Source of the DNA: Armatimonadota bacterium
GTDB taxonomy: Bacteria; Sysuimicrobiota; Sysuimicrobiia; Sysuimicrobiales; Humicultoraceae
Assembly: GCA_037443365.1 (NCBI GenBank)
Contig: JBBIOM010000005.1
Span: forward strand, 5,760-69,759
DNA length: 64,000 bases
Direction of reading: 5' to 3'
Below the pieces are notes generated by a model that saw only the letters and a list, made by a program, of their open reading frames with translations, was not told the DNA's origin and did no database searches. The position numbers and the translations under genes were made by a program. Positions 9,676 through 19,525 of this stretch are shown in pieces. Within the stretch, counting starts at the first letter, position 1. Every line of letters starts with the position of its first letter.

Positions 9676-10883
9676 GAGCCCTCCCGATTCGCGCTGTGGG
9701 ACCGGGGTGCGCCGCGGCAGGGAGCACGGTCGCAAGACTGCGTGAGGCCGTGCGCTCGCGCGTTGCAGCCGGGCTGCGCGAAGGGGTCTTTCCGGGCGCG
9801 GTCGTCGCCGTCGTGAGGGGGAGGACCCTGCTGCTGCTCGAGGCGTTCGGCGATGCGCAGGTCGTGCCCCGACGGCGGGCGATGCTGGTGGAAACCGTGT
9901 TCGACCTGGCCAGCCTCACCAAGCCCCTGGCCACGGCGACCGCCGTGCTCCAGCTCTGGGAGCGAGGCGTCGTGGATCTCGACGCCCCGGTGGCGCGGTA
10001 CTTCCCGCGCTTCGCGCAGGGGGGAAAGGCAGGGGCAACGGTGCGGCAGCTGCTGGCGCACACCTCGGGCCTGCCTGCCTGGGAGATGCTCTACCTGCCC
10101 CGCCCAGGCAGGGGAGCCCCGAGCCGGGGGGGCGCCTGCCGTTCAATCCGCGGGGCAGTGGAACGTATCTGCTCCACACGCGCCGTGTCACAGCCGGGGG
10201 CGCGCGTGGAGTATAGCGATCTGGGGTTTGTCGTGCTGGGGCATCTCGTGGAGCGCCTGACCGGGATGCCTCTTAGCGCCTACACACGCGAGCACATCTT
10301 CGCGCCGCTCGGGCTCGGCACGATGCGGTTTGCGCCCCCGCGCTCGTGGGGGATGCGCTGCGCCCCCACCGAGGTCGGGAACGCCTTCGAGCGGGCGAAG
10401 GCGCACGAGCTTGGGCTGGGGCGCGCCTTCACCTGGCGAACGTACCTGCTTCGAGGCGAGGTGCACGACGGCAACGCCTGGCATCTGGGGCGCGGGGTGG
10501 CGGGTCACGCCGGGCTGTTCGCCTCCGCCCGGGACGTCGCACGGCTCGGCGCGGCGATGCTGGGTGGCGGAGAGATCGGTGGCGTGCGCGTCCTGCGCTG
10601 TGCGACGGTTGCCGAGGCCACGAGCGATCAGACGCGTTCGCCGGGTGCGGGGCGCAGGGGATTGGGGTGGAGCCTGCATGGCGCACCGTCGGCCGGCACG
10701 CGTGCCTCGGCGAGGGCATACTGCCACACCGGCTTCACCGGCACCTCCCTGCTCGTGGATCCGGAACGCGACATGATCGTGGTGCTGCTCACGAACCGTG
10801 TGCATCCCGCCGCGGGACGTGAGGAGATCCAGGCCTTCCGGCCGGCGTTCCACGACGCCGTGATCGAGGCCCTCGGGGGGTGA
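9672..10883 (+). CDS. Beta-lactamase-like serine hydrolase (AmiE-like candidate muramyl-peptide amidase)
   Basis: FDLASLTK (SxxK), LLAHTSG, YSD, VHDGNA, GHAGLF, HTGFTG; context in a murQ/anmK operon. Confidence 0.85.
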   Translation: MRALPIRAVGPGCAAAGSTVARLREAVRSRVAAGLREGVFPGAVVAVVRGRTLLLLEAFGDAQVVPRRRAMLVETVFDLASLTKPLATATAVLQLWERGVVDLDAPVARYFPRFAQGGKAGATVRQLLAHTSGLPAWEMLYLPRPGRGAPSRGGACRSIRGAVERICSTRAVSQPGARVEYSDLGFVVLGHLVERLTGMPLSAYTREHIFAPLGLGTMRFAPPRSWGMRCAPTEVGNAFERAKAHELGLGRAFTWRTYLLRGEVHDGNAWHLGRGVAGHAGLFASARDVARLGAAMLGGGEIGGVRVLRCATVAEATSDQTRSPGAGRRGLGWSLHGAPSAGTRASARAYCHTGFTGTSLLVDPERDMIVVLLTNRVHPAAGREEIQAFRPAFHDAVIEALGG

Positions 10884-11851
10884 CCGAGATGCCTGACACG
10901 ATGCTGGTCGGTGTGGACGGCGGTGCGTCGAAGACCCGCGCGGTGGTGCTGTCCTGGGACGGGTCGGTCTTGGCCGAGGCGGCCCTGCGGTCCTCGAGCG
11001 CCTACCACCGTGAACCCGAGGAGGCGGCGGCCGTGGTGGTCGCCGCGGCGCGTGACGCCCTGGCCAGTGCGGGCGTTCGCGGGCCGGCAGATGTGCTCGG
11101 GACCGGGCTGGCAGGGGCCGACGATCCGGCGATCCGCGAGCGCCTGATCCGGGCACTCGAGGGGTCTGGCATCGCGCATGGCCTGCACGTGGATCACGAC
11201 GCCGCGGCCGCGCTGGCCGGCGGCGCCGCGCTGGCGCCGGGTGTTGTCGTCGTCGCCGGCACCGGGTCCATCGCCTTCGGAACGGATGCGCAGGGCCGTC
11301 GTGCGCGCTCCGGCGGATGGGGACCGCTCCTCGACGACGAGGGCAGCGGCTACTCGATCGGCCGTTCGGTGCTGCGGGCCGCCATGCGCGCGCACGACGG
11401 TCGCGGCGACGCCACAATGCTCGTGGAGGCGGTCAGGGCGCGCTTCGGCATCGCCTCAATGCCGATGCTCAAGGCCGCGGTGCGCGGCGCCGGCATAGAC
11501 GAGATCGCCGACCTGGCCCCGCTCGCGGTGGAGGCCGCTTCCTGCGGAGATGCTGTGGCCGCGCGCATTCTCGAGCGCGCCGGCGGGGGGTTGGCCGCCA
11601 TGGTCGTGGCGGTGGCGCGCGCGCTGGGATGGCAGGGTGAGGGTTTCACCCTGGTTGCCTCGGGAGGGGTGCTCGCGGAAGGCGGGCCGACCACCGGCTT
11701 GATGATGCGCTCGCTCGAGGCGCGCGCCTGCAAGGCAGTACTCACGCCGGCCCGCTTCCCGCCCGAGATCGGAGCCGCGCTGCTTGCGGCCCGCGCGGCG
11801 GGCATGGATGCGGCAGCGCTAATCGAGAACCTCAAGGGGTGGGCGCGATGA
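10880..11851 (+). CDS. BadF/BadG-type amino-sugar kinase (GlcNAc/MurNAc kinase-like)
   Basis: GVDGGASKT, AGTGS, GGWGPLLDDEGSGY. Confidence 0.87.
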   Translation: MTEMPDTMLVGVDGGASKTRAVVLSWDGSVLAEAALRSSSAYHREPEEAAAVVVAAARDALASAGVRGPADVLGTGLAGADDPAIRERLIRALEGSGIAHGLHVDHDAAAALAGGAALAPGVVVVAGTGSIAFGTDAQGRRARSGGWGPLLDDEGSGYSIGRSVLRAAMRAHDGRGDATMLVEAVRARFGIASMPMLKAAVRGAGIDEIADLAPLAVEAASCGDAVAARILERAGGGLAAMVVAVARALGWQGEGFTLVASGGVLAEGGPTTGLMMRSLEARACKAVLTPARFPPEIGAALLAARAAGMDAAALIENLKGWAR

Positions 11852-12786
11852 CACCAGCTGATGCAGGGCGGCCGGTGAACTACTACGACCTGGAGACCGA
11901 GCAGCGCAACCCCAGGACGATGGACCTGGACCGCCTCTCCACAGAGGATATCCTGATCGCCATCAACACCGAGGATCACACCGTCCCGCAGGCCGTGGCA
12001 GCACAGATCCCCAACATCGCCCGGGCGGTGGAGGCCATGGTGCGGTCCATACGCTCTGCGGGCCGTATCGTCTACGTCGGGGCGGGCACGAGCGGACGGG
12101 TCGGCTTGCTCGACGCGCTGGAGTGGCCGCCCACCTTCGGGGTTGATCCGGATATCGTTCCGGTCCTCATCGCCGGGGGCTTGCAGGCCACGATCGGCTC
12201 GGCCGCGCCCTGTGAGGACGACGCCGCCGCGGGCGCCGCAGAGATCGCTCGGGTGGGCGTGGGTCCCAACGATACCGTGGTGGCGATCGCCGCGAGCGGC
12301 GTGACGCCGTTCGTGATGGGCGCAGCAGAGGAGGCGCAGCGGCGCGGCTGCACCGTGGTCGGGCTCTGCAACGTTCCCGGCTCTCCCCTGGCGCGGCTGG
12401 CAGACATTCCCGTTGTCCCGGTTACCGGTCCCGAGGTCCTGGCCGGCTCGACGCGCATGAAGGCCGGAACAGCGCAGAAGATGGTGCTGAACATGCTCAG
12501 CACCACGACAATGGTGCGGCTGGGCAAGGCGTACTCGAACCTGATGGTGGACATGTCGCCCAGCAACAACAAGCTGGCCGCCCGCGCGCAGCGCATGGTG
12601 GCGCAGGCGACGGGACTGGCCCCCGATGCCGCCGGGCGGCTGCTGGACCAGGCAGGCGGCAGCGCCAAGGTAGCGATCGTCATGGCGCTGGCCGCGGTGG
12701 AGCGCGAAGAGGCCGAGCGCCTCCTGGATCGCGCAGGCGGGTTTGTCCGGGCGGCGATCGAGGCCGCAACAGGCGCGGAGGGCTGA
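11848..12786 (+). CDS. murQ: N-acetylmuramic acid 6-phosphate etherase
   Basis: TEQRNP, YVGAGTSGR, PPTFG, GPEVLAGSTRMKAGTAQKMVLNMLST. Confidence 0.95.
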   Translation: MTPADAGRPVNYYDLETEQRNPRTMDLDRLSTEDILIAINTEDHTVPQAVAAQIPNIARAVEAMVRSIRSAGRIVYVGAGTSGRVGLLDALEWPPTFGVDPDIVPVLIAGGLQATIGSAAPCEDDAAAGAAEIARVGVGPNDTVVAIAASGVTPFVMGAAEEAQRRGCTVVGLCNVPGSPLARLADIPVVPVTGPEVLAGSTRMKAGTAQKMVLNMLSTTTMVRLGKAYSNLMVDMSPSNNKLAARAQRMVAQATGLAPDAAGRLLDQAGGSAKVAIVMALAAVEREEAERLLDRAGGFVRAAIEAATGAEG

Positions 12787-12799
12787 GAGGGGGCAGGCG

Positions 12800-13996
12800 A
12801 TGCGGGAAGCGGCTGACTTGGCACGCAAGGATCCGAAGCGCGTCGTGGGCCTGATATCGGGCACCTCTGCCGACGGGATTGACGCCGCCCTCGTCGAGGT
12901 ATCCGGCGCAGGGCTGGAGTCGCGGGTGCGGCTGATCGCCGGCCTGACCGCGCCTCTTGCGGCCGCGCACCGCGATGAGCTGTTCTCCATGTTCGACCCC
13001 AAGACGGCCACCGTGGATCGCCTGTGCCGCTTCAACTTCCACCTGGGCGCCCTCTTCGCGGACGCGGCGCTGGCCGTGATAGCGCAGGCCGGGCTGCGCC
13101 CGGGAGACGTGGACCTCATCGGCTCGCACGGTCAGACGCTGTGGCATATCCCTGGGCCGGACGGCGCCACGCTGCAGGCCGGGGAGGCGGCGGTGATCGC
13201 GGAGCGCACGCGCATTCCGGTGGTTGCCGACTTCCGCGTGGGCGATATGGCCGCCGGCGGGCAGGGCGCGCCGCTGGTGCCGTACTTCGACCTGGTTGCG
13301 TTCCGCCACGCGGAACGCACGCGCGCGGTGCAGAACATCGGAGGGATCGGCAACGTTACCTACCTGCCGGCCGGATGCGTCCCCGACGATGTCTTGGCGT
13401 TCGACACCGGACCCGGCAACATGCTGATAGACGGCGTCGTGCAGCTACTGACCGGCGGGGCCGTGGTCTACGATCACGGCGGCGCGATGGCTTCAAGCGG
13501 GCGCGTGGATGAGGACTGGCTGTCCGCGTTGATGGCCGACCCGTTCCTGCATTCCTCCCCGCCCAAGACGACCGGGCGCGAGGTCTACGGCCGGCCGTTC
13601 GCCGCGGCCCTTGTTGAGCAGGCGCGCCGCCGCGACCTGGGCCTCGAGGACACGGTGGCCACGGTCTCGGCTCTGACCGCGGATTCGATCGTGGGCGCCT
13701 ACCGTGACTTCCTGATTCCCCGGGCCGGTTTGGACGAGGTCATCCTGGGAGGCGGCGGGTCCTACAACGACTTCCTGCGCCGACGGATCGCATCGGGGCT
13801 GGGACTCCCGGTCTACCGCTGCGAGGAGTTCGGGGTGGACGGCAAGCTGAAGGAGGCCATGGCGTTTGCGCTCCTGGCGTCCGAGGCGGTGGCCGGGAAT
13901 GCCACGAACGTGCCGGCCGCGACAGGGGCCTCCGGGCCGCGCGTGCTCGGCAAGTACACGCCGGCGCCTCCCCCGCCTGCTCCGCGCACGGACTAG
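12800..13996 (+). CDS. anmK: Anhydro-N-acetylmuramic acid kinase
   Basis: GLISGTSADGID, GSHGQT, GGQGAPLVP, NIGGIGN, FDTGPGN, KEAMAFA. Confidence 0.95.
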   Translation: MREAADLARKDPKRVVGLISGTSADGIDAALVEVSGAGLESRVRLIAGLTAPLAAAHRDELFSMFDPKTATVDRLCRFNFHLGALFADAALAVIAQAGLRPGDVDLIGSHGQTLWHIPGPDGATLQAGEAAVIAERTRIPVVADFRVGDMAAGGQGAPLVPYFDLVAFRHAERTRAVQNIGGIGNVTYLPAGCVPDDVLAFDTGPGNMLIDGVVQLLTGGAVVYDHGGAMASSGRVDEDWLSALMADPFLHSSPPKTTGREVYGRPFAAALVEQARRRDLGLEDTVATVSALTADSIVGAYRDFLIPRAGLDEVILGGGGSYNDFLRRRIASGLGLPVYRCEEFGVDGKLKEAMAFALLASEAVAGNATNVPAATGASGPRVLGKYTPAPPPPAPRTD

Positions 13997-14004
13997 GCGT
14001 TGGA

Positions 14005-14013
14005 TGATATAGT
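14005..14013 (+). promoter_or_regulatory. Extended -10 element (TGaTATAGT) 6 nt before the argS ATG; probable leaderless promoter
   Basis: TG at 14005-14006, TATAGT at 14008-14013, ATG at 14020, no Shine-Dalgarno sequence. Confidence 0.6.
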
Positions 14014-14019
14014 AAGACG

Positions 14020-15681
14020 ATGTTTCGCGAGATCCTCAGAATAGACATACGGGATGCCATCATGCGCGCCATGCAATCCGGCGCGATTCCCCTGGGCGAG
14101 GTGCCGCCGTTTGAGGTGGAGATCCCGCGGGACCGCCGGCACGGCGACTACGCGACCAACGCCGCCCTGCTGCTGGCGAAGCAGGCCGGAGGCAACCCGC
14201 GCCAGATATCACAGCGTCTGATCGAATCCTACGCGCCGCCGGCGGACCGCATCGAGCGCCTCGAGGTGGCCGGCCCCGGGTTCGTCAACATGACGATCGC
14301 CTGGCCGTGGAGGCGCGACCTGGTGGCCGCGATCTGCCGCCTTGGGGACAGTTACGGCCAGCAGACTATCGGCGCCGGGCGACGCGTGAACGTCGAGTTC
14401 GTCAGCGCGAATCCCACGGGTCCGCTGCACGTCGGGGCAGGGCGCAACGCGGTGATAGGCGACGTGCTGGGCAACCTGCTGGAGGCGCTCGGGTTCTCGG
14501 TGTCGCGCGAGTACTATATGAACGATGCCGGGGCGAAGGTGCACAACCTGGCGCGATCCATTGAGGCCCACTACCTGAGCATGCTTGGACAGCCCACGCC
14601 TATCCCGGAGGGAGGCTACCCGGGCCAGTACGTCAGGGACCTGGCGGACCGCCTGGTCGCGGAGGAAGGCGACCGGTGGCTCGGGGCGTCCGAGGACGAG
14701 CGCCTCGATCACTTCCGCGACTTCGGCGTCAGCGCGGTCGTCGCGGACATCAGGGAGGTCCTCGAGCAGTTCGGCGTGAGGTTCGATACCTGGTTCAGCG
14801 AGCGCGGGCTGATCCGATCGGGCGCCGTGGACAGGGCGCTCGCCGAGTTGCGCGCCCGCGACCTCATCTACGAGTCCGATGGCAAGACGTGGTTCCGCTC
14901 CACCTGCTTCGGAGACGACAAGGATAGGGTGATCGTCAAGCCCACGGGCGAGTGGACCTACTTCGGCAGCGACATCGCGTATCATCTGGACAAGCGCTCG
15001 CGCGGCTTCGACCTGATGATAAACGTGTGGGCCATAGACCACATCGGCGACGTGGCCCGCGTCAAGGGCGGCCTGACCGCCCTGGGAGTCCCGGACGAGG
15101 CCCTGGAGATACTCATATACCAGCACGTGCGACTGAAGAACGCGGGCGAGTCCCTGCGCATGTCCAAGAGCAGCGGCGAGTTCGTGACCCTACGCGAACT
15201 GATGGACTCCGTGGGGGGCGACGCCGCGAGGTACTTCTTCGCGATGATCTCACCGGCGGTCCCGATGGACTTCGACGTTGGGCTTGCGCTCCAGCGCTCG
15301 CAGGACAACCCCGTGTACTACGTGCAGTACGCCCACGCCCGCATCGCCGGCATACTGCGCGAGGCAGGCCAGAGGCGGGTGCGCGGAAGCGCGGATTCAT
15401 CGCTCGGCCGCCTGGCCGATGAGCGCGAGGCCGCGCTCATCCACGCCCTGGGCGAGTTCCCCGAGGTCATACGGCTGGCCGGAGTACGGCGCGAGCCCCA
15501 CCGCCTGTGCGCCTACGCCCGTGAGGTGGCCGAGGCGTTTCACCTTTTCTACACGCATTGCCGCGTCCTGACAGACGATCCGGAACTCACAGGTGACCGG
15601 ATGGCGCTCGTCGAGGCGGTGCGGGTGGTTCTGCGGCGCACCCTGGGGCTGCTCGGGGTCAGTGCTCCCGATAGCATGTGA
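14020..15681 (+). CDS. argS: Arginine--tRNA ligase
   Basis: HGDYATN, EFVSANPTGPLHVG (HIGH region), RMSKS (KMSKS-like), NPVYYVQYAHAR. Confidence 0.96.
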   Translation: MFREILRIDIRDAIMRAMQSGAIPLGEVPPFEVEIPRDRRHGDYATNAALLLAKQAGGNPRQISQRLIESYAPPADRIERLEVAGPGFVNMTIAWPWRRDLVAAICRLGDSYGQQTIGAGRRVNVEFVSANPTGPLHVGAGRNAVIGDVLGNLLEALGFSVSREYYMNDAGAKVHNLARSIEAHYLSMLGQPTPIPEGGYPGQYVRDLADRLVAEEGDRWLGASEDERLDHFRDFGVSAVVADIREVLEQFGVRFDTWFSERGLIRSGAVDRALAELRARDLIYESDGKTWFRSTCFGDDKDRVIVKPTGEWTYFGSDIAYHLDKRSRGFDLMINVWAIDHIGDVARVKGGLTALGVPDEALEILIYQHVRLKNAGESLRMSKSSGEFVTLRELMDSVGGDAARYFFAMISPAVPMDFDVGLALQRSQDNPVYYVQYAHARIAGILREAGQRRVRGSADSSLGRLADEREAALIHALGEFPEVIRLAGVRREPHRLCAYAREVAEAFHLFYTHCRVLTDDPELTGDRMALVEAVRVVLRRTLGLLGVSAPDSM

Positions 15682-15916
15682 ACAGGGGTTCGCGGGATCG
15701 GGCGGCTATTGCAATGGCATCGGCCTGTGTGATACCAATAGTCTATGGTATCTACCGGCGGCAGGCGCAACGTCGCAGCCCGCCGCTAACAATCTCCGGT
15801 CCGGCCCAAACGAAACTTCCGGGGTAGTGTCCCAGACGATGTCCGAACTACCAGTCACGCGGTGAGCAGTTCCGGCAGACCTGCACGCCATCGGTGACCC
15901 CGAGGGAGGCGCACTT

Positions 15917-17416
15917 GTGATGATGACTCGAGCACGCTTGGCCGCGGTGTTCGTCATGATTGCCCTGGCCGCGGGTCCGGCCACAGCCCAGATCTTCACG
16001 GACATGAGCACGCACCCCGCGCGGCGCGCCGCCGAGCGGTTGGCCGCGAAGGGGCTCGCGATCCGCCTGCCCGACGGACGCCTGGCTCCTGACGAGCCGC
16101 TGACCCGGCTCGACGTGGCGCTCTTCCTGGCCCGCGCGCTGGGCATCCCCACGGGCGGAGTGCGCGCGCCCGACTTCCGCGACGTGGACCAGATTCCCCC
16201 GGCCGACCGCACGGCCGTGGCCGCCGCGTCAATCATGGGCACGGTCTCGGCGGCGAAGGCCGAGGTGACGAAGGGAACGGTTCGCTACACCCTGGCTGCG
16301 AACAAGACCGTCTACGGTCCCGACGAGGAGATAGAGATCACCTTCACGATCGCTAACCACGGCCCGGGACGCGAAACGGAGTTCCTTTCCCCGGATCGCG
16401 GCCGGACGCGCGTCAAGATGAGCGACCGCGACGGGCTGAAGGCGGGGATCGAGGGCGAGCTGTATACCGAGACCCGCACCGCGCAGGCCGTCACGCGCGA
16501 GAAGGTGGCAAGGTTCCGGGTACTGGAGGCGCGCTCGGACGGGTCGATCCTGGAACTCTACGAAGAAGGCGCCGTCCAGATCAAGCCGGGGCTCAAGGTG
16601 TTCTTGCTGCAGGATACCTTCTTCGAGTACTCGACGTCGCAGTTTCACGACTTCGTGATCCGCGATGCAGAGGGCAACGAGGTGGCGCGCTGGTCACTGA
16701 ACCGGCCGTTCGTCCAGGTGGAGCGCCCGGTCGCCCTGGTCGCCAACCAGTCGATGAAGTTCTCAACCCGGTGGAAGCAGCTCGACCAGAACTCGCAACC
16801 GGTGAAGCCCGGTCGCTACGAGATGGTCGCGGTGCACACCACCAAGGAGAACCCCACGGCTCTTACGATCGCGTACCAGCGCGGGCTGATCGCGGCCTAC
16901 CCCGACAACACGTTCAGGCCCCGGTTGCCTGTCTCGAGGTCCGATCTCGCGGTCTTCATGGTGCGCGCGATGGGCCTTGAGATCGAGGCCTTCCGCCGCG
17001 CCAACGAAGCGCTGGTGGTGGCCGACGCGCGCGATATCCCCGCCGAGGCCCGGGGGAGCGTCGTGGTGGCCATTGACCGCAAGATCGTGCTCCCCCTGGC
17101 CGACAACACCTTCCGGCCGGCGCGGACCGCCAACCGAGGCGAGGCGATCTTCGCGCTGAACGCCCTGATGGAGACGATGGGCAGGTATGACTTCGTGACG
17201 GCCACACTGCGCGAGATCCGCGGCGGCCCGCCCCCGGTCGTTGTCGTCGAGGACGCCAACCGCCAGGTGCGGTCGCACCGGGTGGCGGTTGTGAGCGCCA
17301 TCTACCGCAACGACCAACCGGTGATGCTGATGCATCTGCGGCCGGGTGACCAGCTCCGAATGCTGCGCCCCACCGAAGCCGCTGAGATCATGTACATCGA
17401 GGCTACCGGGAGGTAG
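15917..17416 (+). CDS. Secreted S-layer homology (SLH) domain protein with an inserted BsuPI-like beta-sandwich domain
   Basis: Signal peptide; SLH repeats (FTD...PDGRLAPDEPLTR; YPDNTFRP..VSR; DNTFRP..ANRGE); BsuPI-like YSTSQFHDFVIRDAEGNEVARWS...PGRY. Confidence 0.75.
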   Translation: MMMTRARLAAVFVMIALAAGPATAQIFTDMSTHPARRAAERLAAKGLAIRLPDGRLAPDEPLTRLDVALFLARALGIPTGGVRAPDFRDVDQIPPADRTAVAAASIMGTVSAAKAEVTKGTVRYTLAANKTVYGPDEEIEITFTIANHGPGRETEFLSPDRGRTRVKMSDRDGLKAGIEGELYTETRTAQAVTREKVARFRVLEARSDGSILELYEEGAVQIKPGLKVFLLQDTFFEYSTSQFHDFVIRDAEGNEVARWSLNRPFVQVERPVALVANQSMKFSTRWKQLDQNSQPVKPGRYEMVAVHTTKENPTALTIAYQRGLIAAYPDNTFRPRLPVSRSDLAVFMVRAMGLEIEAFRRANEALVVADARDIPAEARGSVVVAIDRKIVLPLADNTFRPARTANRGEAIFALNALMETMGRYDFVTATLREIRGGPPPVVVVEDANRQVRSHRVAVVSAIYRNDQPVMLMHLRPGDQLRMLRPTEAAEIMYIEATGR

Positions 17417-17421
17417 CGTGG

Positions 17422-18096
17422 ATGGAGTTCTTCATCGACACGGCCAGCATCGAGGAGATCCGCGCGGCGCAATCGTGGGGCATCCTGGACGGCGTCACGA
17501 CGAATCCCACCCACGTCGCCAAGGAAGGCCGTGAGCACAAGGACCTGATCCAGGAGATCTGCTCCATCTGCCCGGGTCCGGTGAGCGTGGAGCCGACGGT
17601 GCCGGATGCCCAGGGGATGATCCGGGAGGGCAGGGAGTTCGCCACCTGGGCCCCCAACGTGGTCGTGAAGGTTCCTGTCACTCCCGAGGGCATCCGTGCG
17701 CTGCGGGTGCTGCGCGCGGATGGCATCCGCTGCAACGTGACGCTGGTGTTCTCGCTGGCACAGGCGCTGATAGCCGCAAAGGCCGGCGGGACCTACGTGA
17801 GCCCGTTCGTCGGGCGCCTGGACGACGCGGGCACCGACGGCATGGCGCTGGTGCGCGACATCTGCGAGGCGTACCGGCACTACGGGTTCTCCACGAAGGT
17901 GCTGGCCGCCAGTCTCCGCCACCCGGTCCACGTCATCCAGTCCGCGCTCCTGGGCTGCCACGTGGCCACCATGCCGTTCAGGGTCATGGAGCAGCTCTTC
18001 AACCACCCGATGACCGACATCGGGCTCGAGAAGTTCCTGGCGGACGCCCGCCGTCTCCAGGCCGAGCTCGAGAGCCGGCGCGCCGCGCGCGGTTGA
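17422..18096 (+). CDS. tal: Transaldolase / fructose-6-phosphate aldolase family protein
   Basis: FFIDTA, GVTTNP, VVVKVP, NVTLVFS, YVSPFVGRLDD, LAASLR. Confidence 0.92.
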   Translation: MEFFIDTASIEEIRAAQSWGILDGVTTNPTHVAKEGREHKDLIQEICSICPGPVSVEPTVPDAQGMIREGREFATWAPNVVVKVPVTPEGIRALRVLRADGIRCNVTLVFSLAQALIAAKAGGTYVSPFVGRLDDAGTDGMALVRDICEAYRHYGFSTKVLAASLRHPVHVIQSALLGCHVATMPFRVMEQLFNHPMTDIGLEKFLADARRLQAELESRRAARG

Positions 18097-18138
18097 GCCC
18101 CGCCGAGGCGGCAACAGAACACAAGAGGTGATCCAGTC

Positions 18139-19401
18139 GTGCCCATAGCCGAGCTCGAAGCCAAGACGCTCGCGGACCTCCAGGAGATGGCCCGCGAGCT
18201 CAACATCGCCAACTACCGGCGCTACCGCAAGCAGGAACTGATCATGCGGGTGCTTCAGAAGCAGACCGAGGACGCCGGGCTGCTGATCCGGGCCGGGATA
18301 CTGGAGATCATGCCCGAGGGCTACGGCTTCCTGCGCACGAGCGGCTACCTGCCCGGGAGCGAGGACATCTACGTATCGCCCTCGCAGATCAAGCGCTTCG
18401 GGCTGCGCGTTGGCGACGAGGTCCTGGGCCAGGTCCGGCCTCCCAAGGACAACGAGAAGTACTTCGCGCTCCTGCGCGTTGAGGCGGTCAACGGCCTCGA
18501 CCCCGAACAGGCCCGCTCGCGCCCATCGTTCGAGCACCTGACGCCCGTGTTCCCATTTGAGCGCGTGCGCCTGGAGCTGCCCGAGTCCGACCTGACAATG
18601 CGGGTGGTGGACCTGTTCTCGCCGATCGGCAAGGGGCAGCGAGGCATGATCGTATCGCCGCCCAAGGCCGGGAAGACCACCCTGCTCAAGAAGATCGGGC
18701 AGTCCATCGTGGCGAACCACAGCGAGATCTACCTCATGGTGCTGCTGCTCGACGAGCGCCCCGAAGAGGTCACCGACATGCGCCGCTCCGTGGAGGCCGA
18801 GGTCGTGGCCAGCACCTTCGACCGTGCGCCCGAGGAGCACATCCAGGTGGCGGACCTGGTCCTGGAGCGCGCGAAGCGAATAGTGGAGGGGGGCCGCGAC
18901 GTCGTGATCCTGCTCGACAGCCTGACCCGGTTCTCGCGCGCGAACAACCTGGTCATCCCGCCGTCGGGACGCACGCTGTCGGGCGGGCTCGATCCCGCAG
19001 CCCTGCACCGGCCCAAGCGGTTCTTCGGCGCCGCCCGCAAGATCGAGGAGGGCGGCAGCCTGACGATAATCGCCACCGCCCTGGTGGACACCGGCAGCCG
19101 CATGGACGACGTGATCTACGAGGAGTTCAAGGGCACCGGCAACATGGAGCTGCACCTCAACCGGAAGCTGCAGGAGCGGCGCACGTTCCCCGCGATAGAC
19201 ATCAAGATATCGGGGACGCGGCGCGAGGAACTGCTTCTCTCCGACGAGGAGCTGCGCAAGGTCTGGGTGCTGCGCAAGAGCCTCGAGCAGCTCGATACCG
19301 TCGCGGTGACCGAGCTCATCCTCGACCGGCTGCGCAAGACCGCGAACAACGCCGGGTTCCTGCGGTCCATCGTCAAGAGCTCGGAGGACAACGGCCCGTA
19401 G
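18139..19401 (+). CDS. rho: Transcription termination factor Rho
   Basis: [43 protein letters not shown]. Confidence 0.98.
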   Translation: MPIAELEAKTLADLQEMARELNIANYRRYRKQELIMRVLQKQTEDAGLLIRAGILEIMPEGYGFLRTSGYLPGSEDIYVSPSQIKRFGLRVGDEVLGQVRPPKDNEKYFALLRVEAVNGLDPEQARSRPSFEHLTPVFPFERVRLELPESDLTMRVVDLFSPIGKGQRGMIVSPPKAGKTTLLKKIGQSIVANHSEIYLMVLLLDERPEEVTDMRRSVEAEVVASTFDRAPEEHIQVADLVLERAKRIVEGGRDVVILLDSLTRFSRANNLVIPPSGRTLSGGLDPAALHRPKRFFGAARKIEEGGSLTIIATALVDTGSRMDDVIYEEFKGTGNMELHLNRKLQERRTFPAIDIKISGTRREELLLSDEELRKVWVLRKSLEQLDTVAVTELILDRLRKTANNAGFLRSIVKSSEDNGP

Positions 19402-19525
19402 CAGGAACCGTGCTCCCGGCGTCGAAGAATCTGTGTTGTCCAGACCTGCACGCAGCGAGGTTCGCGATCGCAGCACGCGCCGGTGCAGGCACCTGCGCGT
19501 GACTGGCAAGGCCGAGGAGGGAACG

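Noticed and set aside
15760-15900. Possible c-di-GMP or c-di-AMP riboswitch before the SLH gene
   Set aside because: Conserved motifs were not recognisable by eye; an Infernal scan is needed.
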